Positions 33,569 to 43,206 of a stretch of 64,000 nucleotides of DNA are shown one piece after another. The position numbers and the translations under genes were made by a program. Position 1 is the stretch's first letter; each line of letters begins with the position of its first letter. Under the pieces are notes generated by a model. It made no database searches. It had not been told where the DNA came from and was given only the letters and a program-made list of their open reading frames with translations. Source of the DNA: an uncultured Bacilli bacterium (lineage in GTDB: Bacteria; Bacillota_I; Bacilli_A; RFN20; CAG-826); contig CAKUXV010000001.1 of the NCBI GenBank assembly GCA_934700895.1, positions 199,733-263,732 of the forward strand, given 5' to 3'.

Positions 33569-35278
33569 ATGGATAAAGTCAAGGAAAATTCGAATCGTTG
33601 GTTATCCTCCCCACGCGTAAGCGAAGAGGATAAAGCCTGCATCCGTTCCATGAGCCAAGAAGAACTCGACGACGCTTTCTTCAAAGACGTCGAACTCGGC
33701 ACGGCCGGAATGCGTGGGGTTTTAGGCCCGGGTACGAACCGGATGAACGAACATACGGTCGGAAGGGTCTCCGTGGCTTTTGGGCAATATCTTTTGTCCC
33801 TTGGCGAAGATACGAAAACCCGTGGAATCGTCTTATCCCATGATAATCGTTTCCAATCCCGCGAATTTGCTTTGCTCGCCGCGAAGATTTTTAACCAAAT
33901 GGGCATCAAAGCCTTTATCTTCCCTTCCCTTCGCCCCGTTCCTGAACTTTCCTTTGCCGTAAGGTATTGCAAGGCCAAAGGCGGCGTCATGATCACCGCC
34001 TCTCATAACCCCAAGCAATATAACGGGTACAAAATCTATGATGAAACGGGTTGCCAACTTGTTCCTAGCCAGGCTAGCGACATGCTTCGGTTCGCGGATA
34101 AACTTCCAAACGAACTCGAATTCGAAGTTCCTGTTTCTACCCAAGAAGGCGAAACCGTTGTCCTCGGAGAAGAAGTGGACGACGTTTACTGCAAGCTCGT
34201 AGAAGGCTGCCGCGTGAATCCGGATTTGGACAAATCGAATTTCAAAGTCGTTTACACTCCCCAACACGGCGCGAGTTACGAAAATGCGATGCGTGTTTTT
34301 GAGGATTCGGGTTATACCATCATCCCCGTGAAAGAACAATGCGTCCATGATCCCGCGTTTGGGGCCACGGCCTCTCCGAACCCCGAGGTTGCTAAAGCTT
34401 GGGATTTGACGCTGGAATATTGTCATAAAAACCATGCTGACTTGGCCGTGATGACCGATCCCGATGGCGATCGATGCGGTCTTGCCTTCCTATCTTCCAA
34501 AGGAACCTATGAACGCTTCACCGGCAACCAAAGCGCCCCCCTCCTTTTGGATTACTTGCTTTCTTCTTATCAAAAACAAGGACGCCTCCCCTCAAATGGA
34601 GTCATCTACGATACGATTGTCACGACTTCCTTGGGGCGTGTCATTGCCAAAGCTTATGGGGTGAGTTCCAAGTCCTTCCTCACCGGATTTAAATTCATTG
34701 GCAACGCGATTCATCAAGAAGAAGAAAAGCCCAACGGCAAGAAATTCCTCTTTGGCTATGAAGAATCCTATGGCTGCCTCGTTCAGCCCTTTGTCCGGGA
34801 TAAAGATGGTATCCAAGCGATTCTCCTCTATGCCGAGATGGCCCTTTATTACCATAATCAAGGCATCCCCTTGGATGTTGCTTTTGATAACCTTCAAAAG
34901 AAATACGGCTATCACGCGACCGAAACGAAAGACGTCTATTTTGAGGGCATGGAAGGCGCGGATAAGATGAAAGCTTTGATGGACCGCCTTCATCAAAACC
35001 TGTACTGGGAAATCGCTTCGATCCCCGTGGTGAAAATCGCGGATTACCTCCATGGCAAAACGATCGAAAAAGACGGAAAGGAAGAACAACTCGTCGGCTT
35101 CCCTTCTAGCGATGTCCTCAAATATTTCCTTGAAGACGGATCCACCCTTTGCATCCGTCCTTCTGGCACCGAGCCCAAGATGAAATTCTATATCGAGGCC
35201 GTCGGGCCCTCTTCGGATGGATTAAAAGACAAAATCGAAGCGATCAATGCTTTTGTCCGTCAAGACGCCGGGTTATAA
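33569..35278 (+). CDS. Phosphoglucomutase / phosphomannomutase (alpha-D-phosphohexomutase)
   Basis: 569 aa: TASHNPKQYNGYK (phosphoserine loop), DPDGDRC and GYEESYG. Confidence 0.88.
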   Translation: MDKVKENSNRWLSSPRVSEEDKACIRSMSQEELDDAFFKDVELGTAGMRGVLGPGTNRMNEHTVGRVSVAFGQYLLSLGEDTKTRGIVLSHDNRFQSREFALLAAKIFNQMGIKAFIFPSLRPVPELSFAVRYCKAKGGVMITASHNPKQYNGYKIYDETGCQLVPSQASDMLRFADKLPNELEFEVPVSTQEGETVVLGEEVDDVYCKLVEGCRVNPDLDKSNFKVVYTPQHGASYENAMRVFEDSGYTIIPVKEQCVHDPAFGATASPNPEVAKAWDLTLEYCHKNHADLAVMTDPDGDRCGLAFLSSKGTYERFTGNQSAPLLLDYLLSSYQKQGRLPSNGVIYDTIVTTSLGRVIAKAYGVSSKSFLTGFKFIGNAIHQEEEKPNGKKFLFGYEESYGCLVQPFVRDKDGIQAILLYAEMALYYHNQGIPLDVAFDNLQKKYGYHATETKDVYFEGMEGADKMKALMDRLHQNLYWEIASIPVVKIADYLHGKTIEKDGKEEQLVGFPSSDVLKYFLEDGSTLCIRPSGTEPKMKFYIEAVGPSSDGLKDKIEAINAFVRQDAGL

Positions 35279-36058
35279 AGAAAAGATTTGCTGAAGCTCT
35301 AAGGCTACGCCGTCCTCGTCGTGGCCTTTTTTCGTTAAGGGGAATCTCTCTTTCAAAAGATGGCTTTTCGCATCCTTCATGCAGTAAGGGCGTCCAGCTT
35401 CTAGCAATAAAGACAAATCGTTGTCGGAATCTCCAAACGCATACACGTCCCCTTTGGATACGCCTAAAATCCCTAATATTTTCTTTAATCCCTCTCCCTT
35501 GGAGGCTTTAGGAAAATAAAGCTCGCTGTAGGGCATATTTCGCCAATGCCGCCAGGATAAGGAATATTTCTTCGCGGCATTTTCCACCCATTCGTCTTCT
35601 TCGGGGCATTCCCCGAAGATTAAGGTAAAGGGGTCTTCTTTTAGTTCGTCTAACGGATGGATTTTCATCCCATCCCTCCAAAAATATTTATGAAGGTCCT
35701 TGGTGTTTCCCTCTTCAAATATGCAGGAAGAAGTTTCGCCCATCAAACAAAAGCAATGGGGCCTGCAATCTTGAAGCAAGGATTGAATTTTGGATAAAGG
35801 GAATTTCGATTCGAAGCGAGGGAAGGAAGGATCCCCGGGATGAAAGACTAACGCCCCGTTATAAGAGATAATGGGAGAATGGAGCCCAGCCTGTTCCCAA
35901 AGAGGCAGAATAGACCGAGGAGGACGGCCGCTGGTTAATAAAACAACGTGCCCCTGCTTTTCTAAAGCAGAAAGAACGGAGGCGGAAAAAGGAGTCAACG
36001 TCTCGTCGTTTTTGAGCAGCGTTCCATCCAAATCGATGGCAATGACCTTTTTCTCCAT
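35273..36058 (-). CDS. Cof-type HAD-IIB phosphatase
   Basis: 261 aa: IAIDLDGTLL and GDSDNDLSLL. Confidence 0.75.
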   Translation of the reverse strand: MEKKVIAIDLDGTLLKNDETLTPFSASVLSALEKQGHVVLLTSGRPPRSILPLWEQAGLHSPIISYNGALVFHPGDPSFPRFESKFPLSKIQSLLQDCRPHCFCLMGETSSCIFEEGNTKDLHKYFWRDGMKIHPLDELKEDPFTLIFGECPEEDEWVENAAKKYSLSWRHWRNMPYSELYFPKASKGEGLKKILGILGVSKGDVYAFGDSDNDLSLLLEAGRPYCMKDAKSHLLKERFPLTKKGHDEDGVALELQQIFSL

Positions 36059-36071
36059 GCCGCCTATTATA
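36056..36071 (-). promoter_or_regulatory. -10 TATAAT, 7-nt spacer, ATG; no SD (putative leaderless)
   Basis: Minus strand reads cccTATAATaggcggcATG. Confidence 0.5.
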
Positions 36072-36127
36072 GGGGTTACCTATAAAAAGGGTAGGAAAGA
36101 CCCTCTTGCCATGATGAATTTCTAGCG

Positions 36128-36145
36128 TATATTTTATAAGCCATG
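36128..36145 (+). promoter_or_regulatory. -10 TATATT, 9-nt spacer, ATG; no SD (near-leaderless spx)
   Basis: gcgTATATTttataagccATG. Confidence 0.4.
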
Positions 36146-36601
36146 ATTAAGATTTACACTTCTCCCTCCTGCTCCAGTTGCCGAAAGGTCAAAAAATGGT
36201 TCGATGAGCAAAAGATTCCCTACGAATCCAAGAACATCTTCGGGCCGGACCTCACCGCGGACGATATCCGCGAGGTCATTTCGAAGTCGGAAAACGGGAC
36301 GGACGATATCATTTCCCAACGTTCCAAAATCGTTCAGGAACAACACATCGATTTCGATGACATGAAAATCAGCGAGCTCATCGAATTCATTCGCAAGAAC
36401 CCCTCCATTTTAAAACGTCCGATCATCGTCGATGACCGTCGTGTGCAAGTGGGCTATAACGAAGAAGAGATTCGTACCTTTATTCCTCGTGCCCGCCGAC
36501 TTGCTGAATCCTATTGCGCTTCCTGCGATCGCAAGGACTGCGATAAGGATGTGCCCAGCCATTTGGATTTGCCAGAAGGCTGCAAGAAAGCATCGCTATA
36601 A
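36143..36601 (+). CDS. spx: Spx/ArsC-family redox-sensing regulator with a Cys-rich C-terminal extension
   Basis: MIKIYTSPSCSSCRKVKKWF... carries the CxxC at residues 10-13. At 152 aa it exceeds the roughly 131 aa typical of Spx. The tail is ...SYCASCDRKDCDKDVPSHLDLPEGCKKASL. Confidence 0.8.
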   Translation: MIKIYTSPSCSSCRKVKKWFDEQKIPYESKNIFGPDLTADDIREVISKSENGTDDIISQRSKIVQEQHIDFDDMKISELIEFIRKNPSILKRPIIVDDRRVQVGYNEEEIRTFIPRARRLAESYCASCDRKDCDKDVPSHLDLPEGCKKASL

Positions 36602-36608
36602 GGAATGG

Positions 36609-36637
36609 TCGCTTGGAGAAACCCAGGCGATTTTTTG
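36609..36637 (+). terminator. Rho-independent terminator after spx
   Basis: TCGCTTGGagaaacCCAGGCGAtttttt. Confidence 0.75.
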
Positions 36638-36687
36638 ATATAAAAAGCCCAGGATTACCCTAGGCAAAAGAAACAATTGAATTGTTT

Positions 36688-37260
36688 TTATTTCCCAATC
36701 GCCTTCATGGCTCTTTGGACTTTGCTGGCCGTGGAGAAGTGGCATTCCACGCCATTTTTCTCCAAGAATTCCTTCATGATTTTTTGGGCCCCAGCAAGGG
36801 AATTGTATTCGAATTCGACTTCATAATCCGTTTTGCCAGAATAGGTGTTACGGTCAATGGAAAGCAAGCCCCCTTCATATTCCACGTCGATGCGTTCGGT
36901 GGACAAATAGGTAAGGATAGACAGCTTCTTCGTATCGAATCCTAGTTGAATTAAGAAACGCTCGATATCCGTCTTGGGGAATTCACCGAGGTCACGAAGG
37001 TCAGCGAATTGTTGGAAAGAAATCGACGCGTTCTTTTCAAGCAACCCTTCCGATAACGGGGTTTTTAAGGTTAATTCGTATTGGCCTTGCTTTTCGCGGA
37101 TGCGGAGGGCAACCCCTTCTTTGGCAAGGAGACGGTCCTCGGTATCGATATAATAGTTTGTTTGAACATAACGCGGGGATCCCCGGAACAATTTGGCTAA
37201 TTTACGGTATTCGTCTTGACTGACCAAGGCTTTGGCTTCAATTTCAATCGTGTTGGACAT
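36688..37260 (-). CDS. CYTH-domain protein (triphosphate tunnel metalloenzyme)
   Basis: 190 aa with N-terminal EIEAK (the ExExK signature) and the length and pattern typical of CYTH. Confidence 0.6.
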   Translation of the reverse strand: MSNTIEIEAKALVSQDEYRKLAKLFRGSPRYVQTNYYIDTEDRLLAKEGVALRIREKQGQYELTLKTPLSEGLLEKNASISFQQFADLRDLGEFPKTDIERFLIQLGFDTKKLSILTYLSTERIDVEYEGGLLSIDRNTYSGKTDYEVEFEYNSLAGAQKIMKEFLEKNGVECHFSTASKVQRAMKAIGK

Positions 37261-37359
37261 GGTTATTTTTACCTCTAGGCGACATTATACACTTGTCTTT
37301 GGAAAAGAGGGCTATAAGACCTAATGGTTTTATACCCACGCGCTTTTCTTTCAACATGC

Positions 37360-37378
37360 TATACTTTGTCCACTTATG
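37360..37378 (+). promoter_or_regulatory. Extended -10 TGcTATACT, 10-nt spacer, ATG; no SD
   Basis: caTGcTATACTttgtccacttATG. Confidence 0.4.
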
Positions 37379-37792
37379 ATTCTTGGATTGATTTTATTAG
37401 ACGATACGCAGGCCTCCTTCAACGAATGGCTTTCCCAAAACGCGGTTTATTTGGCTTTTGCCCTCGCGGGATTCATCCTGCTCTGCGTTCTTTTGCTTTT
37501 ATTTATTCCCATTGCCAAAAAGAAGAAAAAAGGCAAGAAGGCCGTTATTGCCAAAGCCCAAACGATGGATGCGTTAGGAGGAGAAGAGAACGTCTTGTCC
37601 CACCTCCGCAAAGGATCGCGCATCGAGCTGAAATTAAAGAACTACGACCTTTTGAAAAAGGATGAATTAAAAGAAGCCGGCGTAGACGGCTTCATTCAAA
37701 TGAGCGATCGCTTAACCCTTGTCATCCGCGGCAACGCCGAAGAAGTGGAAAAGACTTTATTTGGCGAGAATTCGACGAAGGTGGACCGCTAA
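37376..37792 (+). CDS. Membrane-anchored PTS EIIB(Glc)-like domain protein lacking the phospho-Cys
   Basis: 138 aa with an N-terminal TM segment, then ...MDALGGEENVLSHLRKGSRIELKLKN...GVDGFIQMSDRLTLVIRGNAEEV.... This resembles the EIIB fold, but the C-x-T-R-L-R position reads L-R-K-G-S-R-I-E. Confidence 0.5.
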   Translation: MILGLILLDDTQASFNEWLSQNAVYLAFALAGFILLCVLLLLFIPIAKKKKKGKKAVIAKAQTMDALGGEENVLSHLRKGSRIELKLKNYDLLKKDELKEAGVDGFIQMSDRLTLVIRGNAEEVEKTLFGENSTKVDR

Positions 37793-38308
37793 ATCTTCGG
37801 TAGGAAGACCCATGACGTTATCGAAGCTTCCTTCGATGTGGTCAATTAACGGGTAATTGTCTTGAATGCCATAAGAACCGGCTTTATCTAACGGCTTATG
37901 GATGCGAATATATTCCCAAATTTGCGCGTCGCTTAAGGGATGGAAATAAACGTCCGTTTTTACGGTTCGGCTGATTTCAAAATCCTTGTCGATATAGGTG
38001 TATCCCGACAACACCACCTGCTTTTCCCCTTGCTCCGCCTTCAGCATTTCAAAAGCATCCTGTTCGGATTTAGGTTTTCCTAATACGCGGTTATTCAAGA
38101 CAACCACGGTATCGCAAGCTAAAACTTGATCCCAAGGGTGCGAAGCGAAAACCGCATAGGCTTTCATGCGGCTTTCTTCTAGTGGCAAATCCTTCGCGGG
38201 CAAATCCAAAATCGATTCGTCTACGGATGGGACGATGATTTCAAAATCGGATAGCAGCTTTTGAAGGAGTTGCTTTCTTCGCGGGGATCCAGAAGCGAGG
38301 ATGAACAT
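37757..38308 (-). CDS. maf: Maf-family nucleoside triphosphate pyrophosphatase
   Basis: 183 aa: MFILASGSPRRKQLL and ...DKAGSYGIQ.... Confidence 0.88.
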   Translation of the reverse strand: MFILASGSPRRKQLLQKLLSDFEIIVPSVDESILDLPAKDLPLEESRMKAYAVFASHPWDQVLACDTVVVLNNRVLGKPKSEQDAFEMLKAEQGEKQVVLSGYTYIDKDFEISRTVKTDVYFHPLSDAQIWEYIRIHKPLDKAGSYGIQDNYPLIDHIEGSFDNVMGLPTEDLAVHLRRILAK

Positions 38309-39972
38309 CAGCGAGCTTCCATGATGACCGGAATGATCATCGGACGGCGGTCGGTTTTGCGTTGGATGTATTTGGAAAGGACATCCTTAAGGGAGGATTT
38401 GATTTCCGCATAGCTCGCGTTGCGGGCCATGAGCTCTTGGACGCATTGCTGCGCCTTCATTTGAGAATGACGGACGACGTGGCTATCTTCCGCGGAATTG
38501 AACCCACGGGTATAAAGCATCGGGGGAACCAACAATTTGCTATGACGCTTGTCGGTGACCATAAGGACGCTGACCATGCCATCGTTTTTAAGGATTTCAC
38601 GGTCGTTCATCGTTTGAGAACTGACGCCATCGAGGTCCAAGCCATCGATATATTTCGCGCCGGCAGGAACTTGTCCACCGCGACGCACGGTGTGATTTTG
38701 AAGGACGATTTGGTCGCCGTTATCGCAAATGAAGATGTGGTCTTCGGGCATGCCAAGTTGCTTGGCGATTTCTCCATGGAGTTTCAGCATGCGGTATTCG
38801 CCGTGGACCGGCATGAAATAGGTGGGATTCACTAAACGCTGCATTAGGCGCAATTCCTGGCGAGAAGGGTGACCGGAAGAATGGAGGCTGAATGCCATCG
38901 AATTCTGTTTGACGTCGGCTCCCAAACGGACGAGTTTGTTGACAAGACGGTCCACGAGGGCACCGTTGCCAGGAATCGGATTGGAAGAGAAAACGACCGT
39001 GTCGCCCGGGAAGATTTGAGTGAAGCGGTTATCGCCGGAAACAATGCGAGAAAGCGCGGCCATCGGTTCGCCTTGGCTACCAGTGCAGACAATGCAAATC
39101 TCGGAGTTACGGTAATTCTTGAGTTGGTTTTCTTGGATGATTGATTGATCGGGGATTTTGATGTAGCCGAGTTCGCGAGCAATGCCGATGACGTTTTTCA
39201 TCGAACGTCCCAAGACACAGATTTTACGTTTATGGGCAACGGCAACTTCCACGACCTGTTGGATACGGTTGATGTTGCTGGAGAAGGTAGAAACAATGAT
39301 GCGACCAATGGCTTTGTCAAAGATTTCCTCTACGCCATGACGGACCGCGGTTTCGGAGGGGGTATATCCTTCGATTTCGGCATTCGTCGAATCGGCCATG
39401 AGCAAATCCACGCCTTGCGAACCTAACTCGGAAAGCTTATTGATTTCAAAATTGGGTCCAACAGGAGTCAAATCGATCTTGAAGTCGCCGGTTTCGATGA
39501 TGCGTCCCTCGCTGGTGTCGATGCATAAGCCAAAGGAATCGGGGATCGAGTGGGTGACGCGGAAGAAGGAGACGACGAAATCATCTGCCACTTTAATGAC
39601 GGAGTCGCTATCGTATTCCACGATTTTAACGGGATCGCGGAAACGGGAATCTTCTAATTTGTGACGAATTAAAGCCGCCGCTAGACGCGGGGCGTAAATC
39701 ACGGGAATACGGACGGTGCGAAGCAAGAAAGGGATGCCACCGATATGGTCTTCGTGACCGTGGGTGATGAATAATCCTTTGATTTTAGCGCGATTATCCT
39801 TCAAATACGTGTAATCGGGGATGACGTAGTCCACGCCAGGGAGATTGGCTTCGGGAAAGCGAACGCCGGCGTCCACGAGGATCAACGAGCGATCGTTTTC
39901 GATGCAATAAGTGTTCTTGCCGACCTCACCGAGGCCGCCAAGAGCGAAGATGTTGATGGGGGATCCTTTCAT
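38308..39972 (-). CDS. rnj: Ribonuclease J
   Basis: 554 aa with the metallo-beta-lactamase motif HGHEDHIGG, a beta-CASP region and a C-terminal domain. Confidence 0.92.
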   Translation of the reverse strand: MKGSPINIFALGGLGEVGKNTYCIENDRSLILVDAGVRFPEANLPGVDYVIPDYTYLKDNRAKIKGLFITHGHEDHIGGIPFLLRTVRIPVIYAPRLAAALIRHKLEDSRFRDPVKIVEYDSDSVIKVADDFVVSFFRVTHSIPDSFGLCIDTSEGRIIETGDFKIDLTPVGPNFEINKLSELGSQGVDLLMADSTNAEIEGYTPSETAVRHGVEEIFDKAIGRIIVSTFSSNINRIQQVVEVAVAHKRKICVLGRSMKNVIGIARELGYIKIPDQSIIQENQLKNYRNSEICIVCTGSQGEPMAALSRIVSGDNRFTQIFPGDTVVFSSNPIPGNGALVDRLVNKLVRLGADVKQNSMAFSLHSSGHPSRQELRLMQRLVNPTYFMPVHGEYRMLKLHGEIAKQLGMPEDHIFICDNGDQIVLQNHTVRRGGQVPAGAKYIDGLDLDGVSSQTMNDREILKNDGMVSVLMVTDKRHSKLLVPPMLYTRGFNSAEDSHVVRHSQMKAQQCVQELMARNASYAEIKSSLKDVLSKYIQRKTDRRPMIIPVIMEAR

Positions 39973-40117
39973 AGTTATAAACCTTTCAAAAAGAAATACT
40001 GATTGGGATTGAAATCATGCAAACAGAGCAATGCGTTATGTTCCGCTTTTCAAAAAAACTATACAAGAGGGGAAGGGCAATGAAAAGAGCGAGAAATTAT
40101 GTAAGTGGTTTCAAGCG

Positions 40118-40672
40118 TTAAATCGCGACGGAATTCGCCGGTTTTTGATACGGATCTTTGGGGTCGATCCGGTCATAATAAAGAATTCCAGAGAGGTGAT
40201 CGATTTCATGCTGCAAAACAATCGCGTCGTATCCCCGCGCGGTGATTTCGATATTTTGCTTCAACTTTGCATCGTAGGCTTTGACTTTGATTTTATAGTC
40301 GCGGATGACGTGGCCGGGATGTTCTTCATCGACGGACAAGCATCCTTCCCCGCCGTTTAAATAGGCTTTTTTAATCGAATTCAAGACGATTTTGGGATTG
40401 ACGAGCTGATATTCCACCAAGGGATCTTTTTCGTCCCCTGTGGGATAAGAAATCACAAGCATCTTGAGGTTATGTCCCACTTGGGGCGCCGCTAAGCCCA
40501 CGCCTTCGCGGGTGTTAGGATGCTTCGCGCGGAATTCTTCGTCTTGAGTTAATTTCAAATATTCGAGCATGTCGTCAATGAGTTTTTGGTTCTCCTCGCT
40601 TAAAGGGAGGGGGACGTCTTCACATTTACGACGTAATTTCGGGTCGGTGTCTTTGGTGATACGGAACAACAT
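40118..40672 (-). CDS. def: Peptide deformylase
   Basis: 184 aa with GVGLAAPQVG, EGCLSV and QHEIDHLSG. Confidence 0.93.
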   Translation of the reverse strand: MLFRITKDTDPKLRRKCEDVPLPLSEENQKLIDDMLEYLKLTQDEEFRAKHPNTREGVGLAAPQVGHNLKMLVISYPTGDEKDPLVEYQLVNPKIVLNSIKKAYLNGGEGCLSVDEEHPGHVIRDYKIKVKAYDAKLKQNIEITARGYDAIVLQHEIDHLSGILYYDRIDPKDPYQKPANSVAI

Positions 40673-40690
40673 AGCCCCGATATTCTAGCA
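40670..40690 (-). promoter_or_regulatory. Extended -10 TGcTAGAAT, 9-nt spacer, ATG; no SD (near-leaderless def)
   Basis: Minus strand reads gcgTGcTAGAATatcggggctATG. Confidence 0.45.
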
Positions 40691-40708
40691 CGCGCGACGG
40701 GGAAGGGG

Positions 40709-40726
40709 TAAAATAGTTCGCGTATG
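40709..40726 (+). promoter_or_regulatory. -10 TAAAAT, 9-nt spacer, ATG; no SD
   Basis: gggTAAAATagttcgcgtATG. Confidence 0.4.
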
Positions 40727-41095
40727 AAAGAATCGACCTATCGCGCTCTCGAAACACTTAAAAAAGCATTGGACCAAGACGAACGGATTTTAGCCTTGAA
40801 CGCCTTGGATCAGGAAGTGAGCGCCGACCCTAAACTCTTAGAATTGTCCCTTCAAGCCAAAAAGAAGGCGGAGGGGTATGCGAATTCCCTTTATTTTGGC
40901 CAAGATGACCCCGAAAAAACGCCCCCTGCCCAGCATGAACTTTATCTAGCCAAGAAAGAACTTGACGAATATCCTCTCTCTCAGCAATACCAAAAAGCCT
41001 ATTATGCGGTGCGACGTCTTTATGCCAATCTCGACGAAATCCTTTTTGGCCCCTATCAATATCATCTTTCCTGCGGAGGCAAAATCCATGCTTAA
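40724..41095 (+). CDS. YlbF/YmcA-like protein
   Basis: 123 aa and helical. It sits upstream of rsmD-coaD, as ylbF does in Bacillus. Sequence similarity is judged from memory only. Confidence 0.45.
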   Translation: MKESTYRALETLKKALDQDERILALNALDQEVSADPKLLELSLQAKKKAEGYANSLYFGQDDPEKTPPAQHELYLAKKELDEYPLSQQYQKAYYAVRRLYANLDEILFGPYQYHLSCGGKIHA

Positions 41096-41627
41096 AATCG
41101 TTGCGGGGAAATACCGCAGCCGTCAAATCGAAGTCCCCGAATCCGTCACGGTCCCTACTAAAAATCGAGTCAGAGAAGCCATGCTTTCTAGCCTTGGCAA
41201 CCAAATCCAAGGGGCGAATGTTTTGGATTTATTCGCTGGGAGCGGCGCCCTTGGGATTGAAACCTTGTCCCGCGGATCCGCCCATTGCGATTTTGTGGAG
41301 GCGGATTCTAAGGCCGCCCAGGTGCTTGCCGAGAATCTTAAGAAATTAAAAGAGATGAATGGAACCATCCATTGCTGCGACTTCTCTTCCGCGATTTCTT
41401 CCTTCTCCACCCCCTTTGACATCGTTTTCCTCGATCCCCCTTATAAAGAAAAAGCCTATTATCAAGAAGCGGTGAACGCCTTGTGGAGCAAGGGTTTGCT
41501 CCACCCTTATTCCACGCTGATCCTAGAATATGAAGGGGATTTGGATTTCGATTCCTCTTCCTATCAAGACGTTCGCTTAAAACATTATGGACGCACCTCC
41601 GTCTTAACCTTAAGAAAGGAACGATAA
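41088..41627 (+). CDS. rsmD: 16S rRNA (guanine966-N2)-methyltransferase RsmD
   Basis: MLKIVAGKYRSRQIEVP...TKNRVREA..., LDLFAGSGALGIE and FLDPPY. The ATG at 41088 overlaps the upstream gene by 8 nt. Confidence 0.88.
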   Translation: MLKIVAGKYRSRQIEVPESVTVPTKNRVREAMLSSLGNQIQGANVLDLFAGSGALGIETLSRGSAHCDFVEADSKAAQVLAENLKKLKEMNGTIHCCDFSSAISSFSTPFDIVFLDPPYKEKAYYQEAVNALWSKGLLHPYSTLILEYEGDLDFDSSSYQDVRLKHYGRTSVLTLRKER

Positions 41628-41630
41628 TTT

Positions 41631-42110
41631 ATGCGCACTGCTGTCTATCCCGGTTCGTTTGATCCGATCACCAATGGCCATTTGGATGTCTTACAACGTA
41701 GCCTTGGCGTCTTTGACCACGTCATCCTCCTTCTTTCGGTCAATCCCTCCAAAAAAGGGAATTTCACCATCGAAGAACGCTTGGAGATGATGAAAGAAGC
41801 CACCAAGCAATTCCCAAACGTTTCGGTGGATTTCAATCCGGGGTTAACCGTGGATTATTGCAAAAAGCATCATGCGAACCATATTATCCGTGGTTTGCGT
41901 GCCGTCACCGATTTTGAATATGAATTTCAGCTCGCCGCGGCCAATCGCTTCGCCGGACCCGATATCGATATGGTGTTCTTCATGTCGGGAAGAGAAACAA
42001 CGTTTATCTCCTCCTCCACGATTAATGAGATGCAATTAGAAGGCGTGGATATTTCTCCCCTCGTCCCGCCGGTGGTCGTAACCTATTACCAAAAGAAAAA
42101 GAAGGAGTGA
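41631..42110 (+). CDS. coaD: Phosphopantetheine adenylyltransferase
   Basis: 159 aa: YPGSFDPITNGHLD and ...ISSSTI.... Confidence 0.93.
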   Translation: MRTAVYPGSFDPITNGHLDVLQRSLGVFDHVILLLSVNPSKKGNFTIEERLEMMKEATKQFPNVSVDFNPGLTVDYCKKHHANHIIRGLRAVTDFEYEFQLAAANRFAGPDIDMVFFMSGRETTFISSSTINEMQLEGVDISPLVPPVVVTYYQKKKKE

Positions 42111-43070
42111 TTAGTCCTTCTTGCTAAACGTATCGTCGATTTGCATGGGGCGGTGTTCCCGCTCCGCCTTTTCGATGACTTTTTCTTCGAGCTTGGAATC
42201 TTTGATTTCTTGATCGATTCGTTTCCCTTCTTCCTCGTAGTTATCCAAATAACTATGGGAGATGCCGTTTTCCTTATACCCAAGCACCTTGTCTAAAGTG
42301 ACGTTGCAGGCGGCCTTGAAGATATTTTTCTCCACGACGGGGGAATATTCCTCTTTTAGCTTTTTGATTAAGGCTTTTGTTGCCGCGCGTTGAGAGGTCA
42401 CCGCGCTAGTAGAAGAAGCCACGTTCTCCGTGAAGCGACAGGCGCATTGGATGAAGCAGAGGTGGTTGAAGTCGCGGAAAGCAAGAATGTCTTCCTCTCG
42501 CACCAAATAAAGGGGGCGGATGATTTCCATTCCCGCGAAGTGGGTGCTATGGAGTTTAGGAAGCATGGTCTGAAAGGATCCAGAATTGAGCATATTCATC
42601 AATGTCGTTTCGATGACATCGTCATAATGATGGCCCAAGGCGATTTTGTTGCACCCCATTTCCTTGGCGATGCGGTATAAAGCCCCGCGTCGCATCTTTG
42701 CGCAGAGATAGCAAGGTTTTTCGCTCGTGGAATTGGCAATGTCAAAGATGTCGGTGAAATAGATCCTTGCCGGAATATCCATAAGCTCGAGGTTCTTTTT
42801 GATAAGCGAGAAGTTCTCTTCGTTGTATCCCGGGTTCATCACGATGTATTCCACGTCAAAATGGACTTTGCTATATCGCTTCAAATGCTTGAATAACAAG
42901 CCTAAAAGCATGGAGTCCTTGCCGCCACTGATGCAAACGGCAACCTTATCTCCGTCGTTCACGAGTTTGTATTCTCCAAGGGCCTCGATGAATTTATGCC
43001 AGATATTGAATTTGAATTCGCAGTCGAGGCTGCGTTCGATTTGCTGGGAGGGAGTTAGTTCTTTGTTCAT
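42111..43070 (-). CDS. TtcA-family PP-loop ATPase (tRNA thiolation type) with a charged C-terminal extension
   Basis: SGGKDS PP-loop (CISGGKDSM) with Cys motifs C..C and C.C. I prefer the ATG at 43070 (AAGGA RBS); the track start is 43115. Confidence 0.75.
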   Translation of the reverse strand: MNKELTPSQQIERSLDCEFKFNIWHKFIEALGEYKLVNDGDKVAVCISGGKDSMLLGLLFKHLKRYSKVHFDVEYIVMNPGYNEENFSLIKKNLELMDIPARIYFTDIFDIANSTSEKPCYLCAKMRRGALYRIAKEMGCNKIALGHHYDDVIETTLMNMLNSGSFQTMLPKLHSTHFAGMEIIRPLYLVREEDILAFRDFNHLCFIQCACRFTENVASSTSAVTSQRAATKALIKKLKEEYSPVVEKNIFKAACNVTLDKVLGYKENGISHSYLDNYEEEGKRIDQEIKDSKLEEKVIEKAEREHRPMQIDDTFSKKD

Positions 43071-43206
43071 AGGAATTTCCTTAAAGACGATAAGAATCTT
43101 GAGGCCTTCTTGCAAGAGGGCAATTCCTTATTCTTATTATATAAAGAGAAGCGACGCCCAATAGAAAACCCCGTCGTTTCCGGCGGGGCGATTCTAGAAA
43201 GAAGGA

